NCBI GenBank assembly: GCA_963798845.1
Contig: CAWCUS010000005.1
Coordinates: 128,001 to 192,000 of the forward strand
Direction: 5' to 3'
Length of the DNA: 64,000 nt
DNA from: an uncultured Gemmatimonadales bacterium
GTDB taxonomy: Bacteria; Gemmatimonadota; Gemmatimonadetes; Longimicrobiales; RSA9
In this document: in pieces, positions 30,151 through 37,883 of the stretch
Layout: each line of letters starts with the position of its first letter
Numbering within the stretch: the first letter of the stretch is position 1
Position numbers and translations under genes: made by a program
Notes under the pieces: model-generated
Told to the model about the DNA's origin: nothing
Databases searched by the model: none
The model's input: only the letters and a program-made list of their open reading frames with translations

Positions 30151-30816
30151 TCAGGCGGCAGCGGCGGTGCGGATGGCCTGGATGTTTTCGGCGATGGAGC
30201 CGGTTCCGCGGAAGACGGCGGCGCCGGCCACGAGGACGGTGGCGCCGGCGGCGACGACGTCGAGCGCGGTGTCGGGGGCGATTCCGCCGTCGACCTCGAT
30301 CTCGACGTCGTCGCGGCCGGCCTCGCGGAGGAGGGCGGCCACGCGTCGTATCTTGGCGGGGGTGGAGGTGATGAAGCGCTGGCCGCCGAACCCCGGGTTC
30401 ACGCTCATGACCAGGACCATGTCCAGGAATGGAGCGATGTCCTGGAGCAGGATGGCCGGAGAGCTCGGATTGAGCGAGACGCCCGCGCGCATGCCGTGGT
30501 GATGGATGGTTTCCAGCGTGCGGTGGAGGTGGACGGACGCTTCCTGGTGGACGGTGAGGAAGTCGGCGCCGGCGTCGGCGAACGCTTCCACGTATCGCTC
30601 CGGGGCCTCGATCATGAGATGGACGTCGAGGGGGAGCTCGGTGGTCTTGCGGATAGCCGCCACGACGGGCGGTCCGATGGTGATGTTGGGAACGAAGCGC
30701 CCGTCCATTACGTCCACGTGGATCCAGTCGGCGCCGCCGGCCTCGGCAGCGGCCACTCCGTCGGCGAGACGAGCGAAGTCGGCGGACAGGATCGAGGGTG
30801 CGATCTTCACGCTCAC
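30151..30816 (-). CDS. rpe: Ribulose-phosphate 3-epimerase
   Basis: IAPSILSADF, HVDVMDG, DVHLMI, MSVNPGFGGQ, EVDGG. Confidence 0.96.
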   Translation of the reverse strand: MSVKIAPSILSADFARLADGVAAAEAGGADWIHVDVMDGRFVPNITIGPPVVAAIRKTTELPLDVHLMIEAPERYVEAFADAGADFLTVHQEASVHLHRTLETIHHHGMRAGVSLNPSSPAILLQDIAPFLDMVLVMSVNPGFGGQRFITSTPAKIRRVAALLREAGRDDVEIEVDGGIAPDTALDVVAAGATVLVAGAAVFRGTGSIAENIQAIRTAAAA

Positions 30817-31511
30817 GGCGTGCCTCCACGCTGAAGCAGGCGAGTGCCTTCCGGTCCGCCGACCACGACGGTGTCGGCCATGTTGATGAAGAGCCCGGTC
30901 TCCACGACTCCCGTCAGGGATCGGATCTCCCGCTCGACGACAGGGCCGTCCAGGCCGGCGTCGAAGCGGCAGTCGAGGATGAAATGGCCGCCGTCGGTGC
31001 GGAAGGGCTGGCCGTCGTCGCGCTGGCGGAGCGTCGGGTCGGCGCCGATCTCGCGGATCTCGGGCAGCAGGGTACGCCAGCCGAAGGGCACCACTTCCAC
31101 CGGAAGCGGCGATCGGGATCCGAGCCGCTGCACCAGCTTGGAGTCGTCGACCACGATGACCAGACGATCGCTGGCGGACGCGACGATCTTCTCCCACAGG
31201 AGGGCGCCGCCGAGCCCCTTGATGAGGTCGAGGGCGGGGTCTACTTCATCGGCGCCGTCGAGGGTGAGGTCGAGGCGGGGCGTATCGTCCAGCGTGGAGA
31301 GCGGGATTCCGAGTTCCGCCGCCCTGGCCCGCGTGTCGCTCGATGTGGGCACGCCGACCACGTGCCGCAGCTCGCCGCCTTCGCGGCGGGCGGCGAGGGC
31401 TTCGAGAACGAGGCGCGCAGTGGAGCCGGTGCCGAGACCCAGCTTCATGCCGTCCTCCACCAGCGCTACCGCCCGTTCGGCTGCCTGTCGCTTGCGCTCG
31501 TCCTGACGCAT
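30813..31511 (-). CDS. rpiA: Ribose-5-phosphate isomerase A
   Basis: GLGTGST, DGADEVD, IKGLGGALLWEKIVA, GVVETGLF. Confidence 0.96.
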   Translation of the reverse strand: MRQDERKRQAAERAVALVEDGMKLGLGTGSTARLVLEALAARREGGELRHVVGVPTSSDTRARAAELGIPLSTLDDTPRLDLTLDGADEVDPALDLIKGLGGALLWEKIVASASDRLVIVVDDSKLVQRLGSRSPLPVEVVPFGWRTLLPEIREIGADPTLRQRDDGQPFRTDGGHFILDCRFDAGLDGPVVEREIRSLTGVVETGLFINMADTVVVGGPEGTRLLQRGGTP

Positions 31512-31595
31512 CGTCCTCCAGCGGGCGCATCGCGCTCTCGCGGCGCCGGGTTGCCTGCTCGTTCGGGTCGGGATCGGACGTCCCGGCGAACGGCC

Positions 31596-31624
31596 AATGT
31601 ACGGCTCCTGCAACCCGGGTGCAA
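31596..31624 (-). promoter_or_regulatory. Sigma70-type promoter of rpiA-rpe
   Basis: TTGCAC-17bp-TACATT. Confidence 0.6.
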
Positions 31625-31664
31625 AAGAGAAAACGCCCGATCGGCATGGCCGATCGGGCGTTTC
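31623..31664 (-). terminator. Terminator after the outer-membrane barrel gene
   Basis: AAACGCCCGATCGG-CATGG-CCGATCGGGCGTTT hairpin with a TTTCTCTTTT tail on the minus strand. Confidence 0.75.
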
Positions 31665-31687
31665 CCGTTGGTTCCCGGAAGCGGGTG

Positions 31688-33040
31688 CTAGCGGTCCTTC
31701 TTGCGGACCTGCTCCACCTGCCGCACGGTCTGGAAGACGCACCCGGTCGGGCGCAGCGGCACGTACAGGTACTGCGCGTCCTCGAGGGCATCACGCAGCT
31801 CCGGGGACTGCTTGATCATGGCGCTCAGGTCATTGTCCATCTGCTGACCGCGCAGCCCTTCCAGCTGGCCGCTCACGGCAGAGACGTCACCGCTGGAGGC
31901 GTAGACCGGCACGCCCCGAACGTTCCCCAGGTACGTGAGGTCGTTCTGGTCGATGATCCGCGCCGACTGCCAGGTGGTGTATTCCATGTCCACGTTCCGC
32001 GCCACGTTGATCGTCAGGGGCTGACCCTGGACGAACCAGTCCGCGTCGCTGGCCATGGTCACCGTCGGCAGCGTCGAGGCCAGAGGCTGACGCTGGCCGG
32101 TCACGTCCACCACCGTGTCGCGTGACTCCGGCAGGTAGATCGCGTTCACCGTGCGGATGCCGCTCGGTGCGCCCGGATCCACCACGCACACGCTCACGTT
32201 CTCCTCGGCGGGCTTCGGCGCCGGCTGCGGCGCAGGTGCCGGGGCAGGCGCAGGCGCCGGCGGGGCCGGGGCCACGGCCACGACCTCGGGCGCTTCGAGG
32301 CCCATGAGGAACTGCGCGCCGATCTGGCCGTAGATCATGTGCTGGATCTTCGCCACGTTGTCCTCGAAACTCGGACCGGCCACGATCGGCGGACGCGAGA
32401 CCCGGTCACCGAGCTCCAGGCGGACGCCGAAATGGTCCGCCAGCCGCAGGTCGGTGCCCAGCGCAGCCAGACCCATGAACTTCGGCTTCTCGAGGAGTGC
32501 CACCGTGCGGGTGCCACCCGTGCCCGGCACGTCGACCAGCTCACCCGTCTTCGCGTCGGTGGACGTCGGGTTCACGACCTTGTCGCCGGCCGGGTTGTAC
32601 CACATGGCACCCGCGCCGAGGGCGAGATACGGCCGTCCGATCGCGCTGTTCCCCGATGTGAGGCGGAACAGCAGATCGCCCGAGCCCGTCCAAAGGTTCA
32701 CGTCCTCGATGAGGTCGTTCGAGTCCGTGGTCGGGTCCAGCTCATCCCAGCTCCCCTTCACCAGCGGCCGTTCGGTGTAGGTCCCGTTCGCACGAATCCC
32801 CACGCGGTCCGTGGCCCACCACGTCAGCTGCGAGCCGACCAGCCAGCCGGACTCGAACTTCACGTTGTTGTTGTTGGTCTGGGCCGCATCCACGTCCAGG
32901 GCGTCCGTGTACCACGCGTACCCGCCGTTGACCCCGAAGTCGAGCCGGTAATCCGGCCGCTCCTGGGCGTTCGCCGGCGTCGCGGAGAACAACCCCACCA
33001 TGGCTACTGCTCCGGCAGCCAACAGTGTCTGCTTCATCAT
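31688..33040 (-). CDS. Outer-membrane beta-barrel protein (OmpA-like barrel, Pro/Ala linker, unknown C-terminal domain)
   Basis: Signal peptide (..ATPANA-Q), alternating beta strands (FGVNGGY, RPYLALGAG, GVRLELGD), APAPPAPAPAPAP linker. Confidence 0.8.
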   Translation of the reverse strand: MMKQTLLAAGAVAMVGLFSATPANAQERPDYRLDFGVNGGYAWYTDALDVDAAQTNNNNVKFESGWLVGSQLTWWATDRVGIRANGTYTERPLVKGSWDELDPTTDSNDLIEDVNLWTGSGDLLFRLTSGNSAIGRPYLALGAGAMWYNPAGDKVVNPTSTDAKTGELVDVPGTGGTRTVALLEKPKFMGLAALGTDLRLADHFGVRLELGDRVSRPPIVAGPSFEDNVAKIQHMIYGQIGAQFLMGLEAPEVVAVAPAPPAPAPAPAPAPQPAPKPAEENVSVCVVDPGAPSGIRTVNAIYLPESRDTVVDVTGQRQPLASTLPTVTMASDADWFVQGQPLTINVARNVDMEYTTWQSARIIDQNDLTYLGNVRGVPVYASSGDVSAVSGQLEGLRGQQMDNDLSAMIKQSPELRDALEDAQYLYVPLRPTGCVFQTVRQVEQVRKKDR

Positions 33041-33182
33041 CTGAGGTCTCCTCGATCGAAGGATTCCATCGGTTTCTTCTCTTCTCCTGCCCGGCGCCAT
33101 TCGTGACGGTCGGGTCGTGGACTCGTGCGGGATCGGAAGCACCGCGACCGCGGTGTTCGTCCCGCGTCCGGCGCAGGAAGTG

Positions 33183-33198
33183 TGCAATCCCGGTGCCA
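33183..33198 (-). promoter_or_regulatory. Sigma54 (RpoN) -24/-12 promoter
   Basis: TGGCAC-CGGGA-TTGCA, an exact match to TGGCAC-N5-TTGCW, about 140 nt upstream of the barrel gene. Confidence 0.75.
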
Positions 33199-33300
33199 CG
33201 ATACCGTCAGGCGCGGCAGGCACAAAGTGCCGGCTTCGCAGTGGATTGCGTTGTGCCGTCCGGGAAAAGTGCGTGCGCCGGTGGTGGCACACGCCCGGGA

Positions 33301-33966
33301 TCACTCGGGGTGGAGGGGTCCAGCAGTCTCGTGGTGTGCGGGCAGGCCCGCTCCTTCGCGGGCGGCGGCGAGGCCGGAGCCGTGGGCGGGAAGCACGTCA
33401 TCGGCGATCCGCGAGAGCGCGAGGTAATAGGTGACCTCGGCCACGGATTCCCGCACATCGAGCGCGTCGAGATACAGCTCCACGGCCTTGCGGTCTTCCA
33501 GCTCGTCGCCGAGGAAGTCGGCGAACTGGAGCGCGTTCTCCACGTGCGTGTGGATGAGCGCCACCTCGGTCCGGGCGGCGATCAGCTCGACGCGGTGCCG
33601 AAGGCCCTCGTTGACGCGCCCGCGCAGGCGCGCTCGGAGGTGGCCGAAAAGCGATCGTCCGTTCCCCTCCTCCGGCTCGGGTCCGGGGTCGGGGGGCTCC
33701 ACGATCTCGGCCCAGTCGTGACCGGATTCGGCCTTCTCGCCGAGGATGGCCAGGGCACGGCTGGACAGGTTGTGGGCTTCGTCCTCATCGAGCCGCAGGA
33801 GCCGGGAATAGATCTCGAGGGCATCGGTGAAGCTCACTTCCTCATTCACGAGCGCGATGAGGTCGAGGGCGTGCTCGACGTGGGTCGACAGGAGCTTCTC
33901 CTGCGCCACTGCGACGGCAAGCTCGACGCGCTTCCGCGCCCGTTCCGAAAGGCCCTTCGAGAACAC
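33301..33966 (-). CDS. Hypothetical protein with an internal duplication of a helical domain
   Basis: GTG start after GGAG; two copies of RVEL......THVE(H/N)AL......ExY. Confidence 0.7.
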   Translation of the reverse strand: MFSKGLSERARKRVELAVAVAQEKLLSTHVEHALDLIALVNEEVSFTDALEIYSRLLRLDEDEAHNLSSRALAILGEKAESGHDWAEIVEPPDPGPEPEEGNGRSLFGHLRARLRGRVNEGLRHRVELIAARTEVALIHTHVENALQFADFLGDELEDRKAVELYLDALDVRESVAEVTYYLALSRIADDVLPAHGSGLAAAREGAGLPAHHETAGPLHPE

Positions 33967-34011
33967 GGCGATACTCCGGTTCGTTGGCGAGGTGGGGCGA
34001 AGCCAGCCCCT

Positions 34012-34039
34012 TTGGACAGTCGCGAGCGGGCGCAAGTTC
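34012..34039 (-). promoter_or_regulatory. ECF (RpoE-like) promoter candidate
   Basis: GAACTT-16bp-GTCCAA upstream of the duplicated-domain gene. Confidence 0.5.
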
Positions 34040-34125
34040 TGTTCCCTGCGGCGGGCCGACACCGCTCCCGCCGCCGCGCGCCAAGGCGGGTTCCGCTCGG
34101 GGTCCGCGGCAGCTATCTTGGCGCC

Positions 34126-34596
34126 ATGCTCGACGAGATCATCGCCAAGCTGGAATCGGAAGTCGCGCACCTGCAGCACGAGCTGCAGGTGGAGCTGCCA
34201 CAGCGGATCAAGACCGCCGTGGAGCATGGCGACCTGCGGGAGAACGCGGACTACAAGTCGGCGCTGGAGCGCCAGCAGTTCGTCCAGGCCCGCCTGGGTC
34301 AGCTCACCAATCGGCTGCGCGAGCTTTCGAACATCGACGTGACCGGGATCCCTCGGGACCGGGCGGGGTTCGGCAGCTGGCTGCGAGTGCGCGACGGCTC
34401 CGGCGACGAATACGAGTACACCATCGTCGCCGGCGACTTCATGGATCTGGACGCGGGGCACATCTCCATGGCCTCGCCCCTGGCGCGCGGCCTCATGGGA
34501 GCGAAGCAGGGCGAGACTGTGGTCGTCCAGCTGCCGGCCGGCGAACGGTCGTTCGAGATCATGGAGCTCAGGACGCTCCCTGAGACGCTCGACTAA
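34126..34596 (+). CDS. greA: Transcription elongation factor, GreA/GreB family
   Basis: EHGDLRENADY, ISMASPLARGL; ATG 34126 lies 6 nt after TATCTT (leaderless). Confidence 0.9.
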   Translation: MLDEIIAKLESEVAHLQHELQVELPQRIKTAVEHGDLRENADYKSALERQQFVQARLGQLTNRLRELSNIDVTGIPRDRAGFGSWLRVRDGSGDEYEYTIVAGDFMDLDAGHISMASPLARGLMGAKQGETVVVQLPAGERSFEIMELRTLPETLD

Positions 34597-34832
34597 CCCA
34601 CCATCTCCCGGTCGTTCGATGGGTACTTCGCCGCACTGTCATCGCCCCACTTGATGAGGGTGTGACCGAGCGGGGCCGTGGCCACGAGCTCGCCTTCCCC
34701 CCCGTTCTCGTCCGTGGTGAAGATCTCCACCACCCCCACCTCGGCGTGCAGCCGGACGTACACGTCCTGGTAGTCGTCCTGCTCCGACTCCAGCACCACC
34801 ACGCGCACCGCGCGCCCCGATTCTCTCACCAC
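34593..34832 (-). CDS. Small hypothetical protein
   Basis: 79-aa ORF with protein-like composition and an upstream GGGAGG Shine-Dalgarno. Confidence 0.6.
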   Translation of the reverse strand: MVRESGRAVRVVVLESEQDDYQDVYVRLHAEVGVVEIFTTDENGGEGELVATAPLGHTLIKWGDDSAAKYPSNDREMVG

Positions 34833-34946
34833 TGCCTCCCTCGCACCAGCGTCAGCGTTCCGAACCCGTCTGGCCCTTCCGCAAGATGGCTCTTATGGTG
34901 CCGGGCCGCGAGGGCACCGGCGGGCGCTCGCCCGGGTCGCAGGCCG

Positions 34947-34993
34947 AAAAACTGGGAAGGCCGGGTTCCCGCTGCGGGGATCCCGGCCTTCCT
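34947..34993 (-). terminator. Terminator after tRNA-Gly/Cys
   Basis: GGAAGGCCGGG..CCCGGCCTTCC hairpin followed by AGTTTTT on the minus strand. Confidence 0.7.
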
Positions 34994-34998
34994 TCCAG

Positions 34999-35069
34999 AG
35001 GGCCCGGCCGGATTCGAACCGGCGTTCAAGGATTTGCAGTCCTCTGCCTAACCACTTGGCTACGGGCCC
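34999..35069 (-). tRNA. tRNA-Cys (GCA)
   Basis: GGGCCCGTAGCCAAGTGGTTAGGCAGAGGACTGCAAATCCTTGAACGCCGGTTCGAATCCGGCCGGGCCCT. Confidence 0.95.
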
Positions 35070-35105
35070 GAACAAACGGCCCCGGCACGAACCGGGGCCG
35101 TCGAG

Positions 35106-35178
35106 AGCGGGACACCGGACTCGAACCGGCGACCTTCTGCATGGCAAGCAGACGCTCTACCAACTGAGCTAGTCCCGC
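35106..35178 (-). tRNA. tRNA-Gly (GCC)
   Basis: GCGGGACTAGCTCAGTTGGTAGAGCGTCTGCTTGCCATGCAGAAGGTCGCCGGTTCGAGTCCGGTGTCCCGCT. Confidence 0.95.
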
Positions 35179-35204
35179 GAAAATTCCTGACGTTTCCGAG
35201 CAGG

Positions 35205-35233
35205 AGTCTATGCCAAGGGGTGCCGCGCGTCAA
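35205..35233 (-). promoter_or_regulatory. Sigma70-type promoter of the tRNA-Gly-Cys unit
   Basis: TTGACG-17bp-TAGACT. Confidence 0.7.
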
Positions 35234-35249
35234 CCGTTCGGGCGGCCTT

Positions 35250-36911
35250 TCAGCCCGCTTGCAGCAGCTCCCTGGCGTGGTCGAGGCTCGTGACGCTTTC
35301 CGGGTCTCCGCCGAGCATGCGGGCCAGCTCCCGGACCCTGGAATCGCCCTGCAGCTCATCCAGCATCGTGCGAGTGGTCCCGCCCGCTTCCGCTTTGCGC
35401 ACGAGAAGGTGGTGGTCGGCGCGGGACGCGATCTGGGCAAGGTGGGTGATGGCGAAAACCTGGTGCTCCCGAGCCACCTCTGCGAGCTGGGCCCCCACCT
35501 GGGCCGCCACCTTCCCGCCGATGCCCACGTCGATCTCGTCGAACACGAGCGTGGCAACGGCGTCCACCCGGGCGAGGATCGTCTTGAGCGCAAGCATGAT
35601 CCGCGAGAGCTCGCCGCCCGACGCGACCCGAGCCAGCGGTTGCGGCTCGAAGCCGACGTTGACCGTGACCAGGAACTCGACGCGCTCCGCCCCGTGGCGG
35701 CCCGGCTCGGGGAGCGTGATCAGCCGCACCTCGAAGCGCGCCCCTTCGAGGCCCAGCCCGGGAAGCTCAGCCTCCACTTCCGCCGCCAGACGGGCGCCGG
35801 CGCGGCGCCGCGCCCGGGTCAGCCCGGTGGTCAGCTCACGGAAGCGCTCGTCGGCTTCGGCCACGCGACGCTCGAGCGCCGCCTGCTCGAACGACGCGCC
35901 CTCGAGCAGGTCCAGCTCATCGCGGGCCGCCCGCCCCGCGTCCACCACGTCCTCGAGCGTGGGGCCGTATCTCGCTTTCAAGCGGTAGAGCAGATCCTGC
36001 CTGCGTTGGATGGCGTCGAGCCGGGACGGGTCGTGCTCCACGGTACTGGCGTAGTCGCCCATCCTCCGCCCGAGCTCCTCCACGTTGTAGTACGCCGTTT
36101 CGAGGAGCTCGCGCGCCGCCTCCTGGCCGCCGTCGATCCGGATCAGCTGGTCGAGCGTGCGCCGGAGGCCTCCGAGCACGTCCGCCACAGAGCGCTCGCC
36201 TTCGTAGAGCGCGTCCCGCAACAACTCCGAAAGATGGGCCAGCTCCTCCGCGTTCTCGAGCCGACGGCTCTCTTCGTCCAGCCGCACCTCGTCGCCCGGA
36301 TCCACGCCGGCGCTCTCGATCTCGTCAGCCTGGACGCGGAGGAAGTCGGCGCGCTGCTCCACTTCCCGGCGGCGCGCCTCCAGCGAGGCCAGCGCCTCAC
36401 GGGCGTCCTGCAGCTCCTCGTATGCGGCGCCTACCTGCTCCGCCCGTCCCTCTTCGCCGGCGAACGCGTCCAGGATGTCCCGCTGCGGCTCGGTGCTCAG
36501 CAGTGCCTGGTGCTCGTGCTGGCCGTGGAGGTCGACCAGTCGACCTCCCAGACTGCCGACCAGGGAAGCCGTGCTGGCCGCGCCATTCACCCACGCCCGG
36601 TTCCGCCCCTCCGCGGCCACCTCGCGCCGGAGGATGAGCAGCCCGTCCTCCGCCTCGAGCCCCTGCCTCTCGAGGAGCGCCGCGATGTCCTTGCGTCCGG
36701 CCACGTCGAACACCCCTTCCACGACCGCGCGCTCGGCACCGGCGCGCACCGTCTCCACCGAAGCGCGCTCGCCCAGCAGGAGCGAGAGCGCGCCGACGAT
36801 GATGGACTTCCCCGCCCCGGTCTCACCCGTGAGGACGGTCAGGCCCGGCTTCAAGGGGACGGAGAGGCGTTCGATGACCGCGAAATTCTCGATCCGGAGC
36901 TCGATGAGCAT
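35250..36911 (-). CDS. recN: DNA repair protein RecN
   Basis: LTGETGAGKS, DLHGQHEHQ, ASGGELSR, FDEIDVGIGG, ITHLAQIA. Confidence 0.96.
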   Translation of the reverse strand: MLIELRIENFAVIERLSVPLKPGLTVLTGETGAGKSIIVGALSLLLGERASVETVRAGAERAVVEGVFDVAGRKDIAALLERQGLEAEDGLLILRREVAAEGRNRAWVNGAASTASLVGSLGGRLVDLHGQHEHQALLSTEPQRDILDAFAGEEGRAEQVGAAYEELQDAREALASLEARRREVEQRADFLRVQADEIESAGVDPGDEVRLDEESRRLENAEELAHLSELLRDALYEGERSVADVLGGLRRTLDQLIRIDGGQEAARELLETAYYNVEELGRRMGDYASTVEHDPSRLDAIQRRQDLLYRLKARYGPTLEDVVDAGRAARDELDLLEGASFEQAALERRVAEADERFRELTTGLTRARRRAGARLAAEVEAELPGLGLEGARFEVRLITLPEPGRHGAERVEFLVTVNVGFEPQPLARVASGGELSRIMLALKTILARVDAVATLVFDEIDVGIGGKVAAQVGAQLAEVAREHQVFAITHLAQIASRADHHLLVRKAEAGGTTRTMLDELQGDSRVRELARMLGGDPESVTSLDHARELLQAG

Positions 36912-36962
36912 GGGCGATGATAGGCGGCCGGGCCGGGGCAGATCAATGGCTCGGCCGGACGG

Positions 36963-37883
36963 TCATCCCTCTTCGTCGTCCCACGGTTCGTCCGACGCTC
37001 CGTTCCCACGGCCGGCTCCGGCGCCCCAGTGGAGCTTGCGCCGGAGCGTGGAGAAGAAGCTCTGCCCTGCGAACCGCACGAGGGGAACCGTGGCCCTGCC
37101 CCGCTGGACGACCAGCCGATCGCCGTTCACCAGCGCTTCGCCCGCCTGGCCGTCGATGGTCAGCACCACCTCGGCGTTCGGGTCCCGGATCTCCACCTCC
37201 ACGCGCGTGTCCGCCGGGAGCACGAGCGGGCGCACCGCGAGCGTGTGCGGCGAGATGGGTGTGGCGAGCAGGCACTCCATGGACGGTGCGACAATGGCTC
37301 CCCCGGCCGACAGTGAGTAGGCGGTCGATCCCGTCGGCGTGGCGACGATGATCCCGTCGGCCGCGTATTCGCCGACCTCCTCCCGCTCCTCTCCCACGTA
37401 CACGCCGAGCTGGATCACACGTGCGAAGCCACCCTTGTGCAGCACGGCGTCATTGAGCGCCATGTACTCCGTGCCCGCGCTCCCGTCCCTTCCAATGACC
37501 CTGGCCTGGAGGGTGAACCGGACGTCCAGCCAGTAGTCGCCGCGCGCCAGGTCGTCCAGCGCCTGCTCCACTTCCTCCGCCCGGATGGAGGTGAGGAAAC
37601 CGAGATGACCCATGTTGATGCCCAGGACCGGTGTGTGGTGCACCGCCACCAGCCGGGCGCCCCGGAGCAGCGTTCCGTCACCGCCGAGGCTCACGAGGAG
37701 GTCCATGCGCCCGGGCACGAAGTCACCCGCGGACGAGAACAGGTCGCGGAGCTCGGGCTCGGGGCACAGCTCGAGCCCCAGTGCCGTCCCGTGTTCGTCC
37801 AGCGCGTGCGCCACGCGCTCCAGCCCGGGATCCCGCGTCTGCCCGACGATGCCGATCCGATGGAAGCCCCGAGAGGACCCCAT
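36963..37883 (-). CDS. nadK: NAD(+) kinase
   Basis: LGGDGTLL, GHLGFL, ALND, DGIIVATPTGSTAYSLSAGG. Confidence 0.96.
   Translation of the reverse strand: MGSSRGFHRIGIVGQTRDPGLERVAHALDEHGTALGLELCPEPELRDLFSSAGDFVPGRMDLLVSLGGDGTLLRGARLVAVHHTPVLGINMGHLGFLTSIRAEEVEQALDDLARGDYWLDVRFTLQARVIGRDGSAGTEYMALNDAVLHKGGFARVIQLGVYVGEEREEVGEYAADGIIVATPTGSTAYSLSAGGAIVAPSMECLLATPISPHTLAVRPLVLPADTRVEVEIRDPNAEVVLTIDGQAGEALVNGDRLVVQRGRATVPLVRFAGQSFFSTLRRKLHWGAGAGRGNGASDEPWDDEEG

Noticed and set aside
17640..35250. Prophage or integrative element at the tRNA genes
   Set aside because: No integrase, transposase or phage genes, and I found no duplicated tRNA 3' end.
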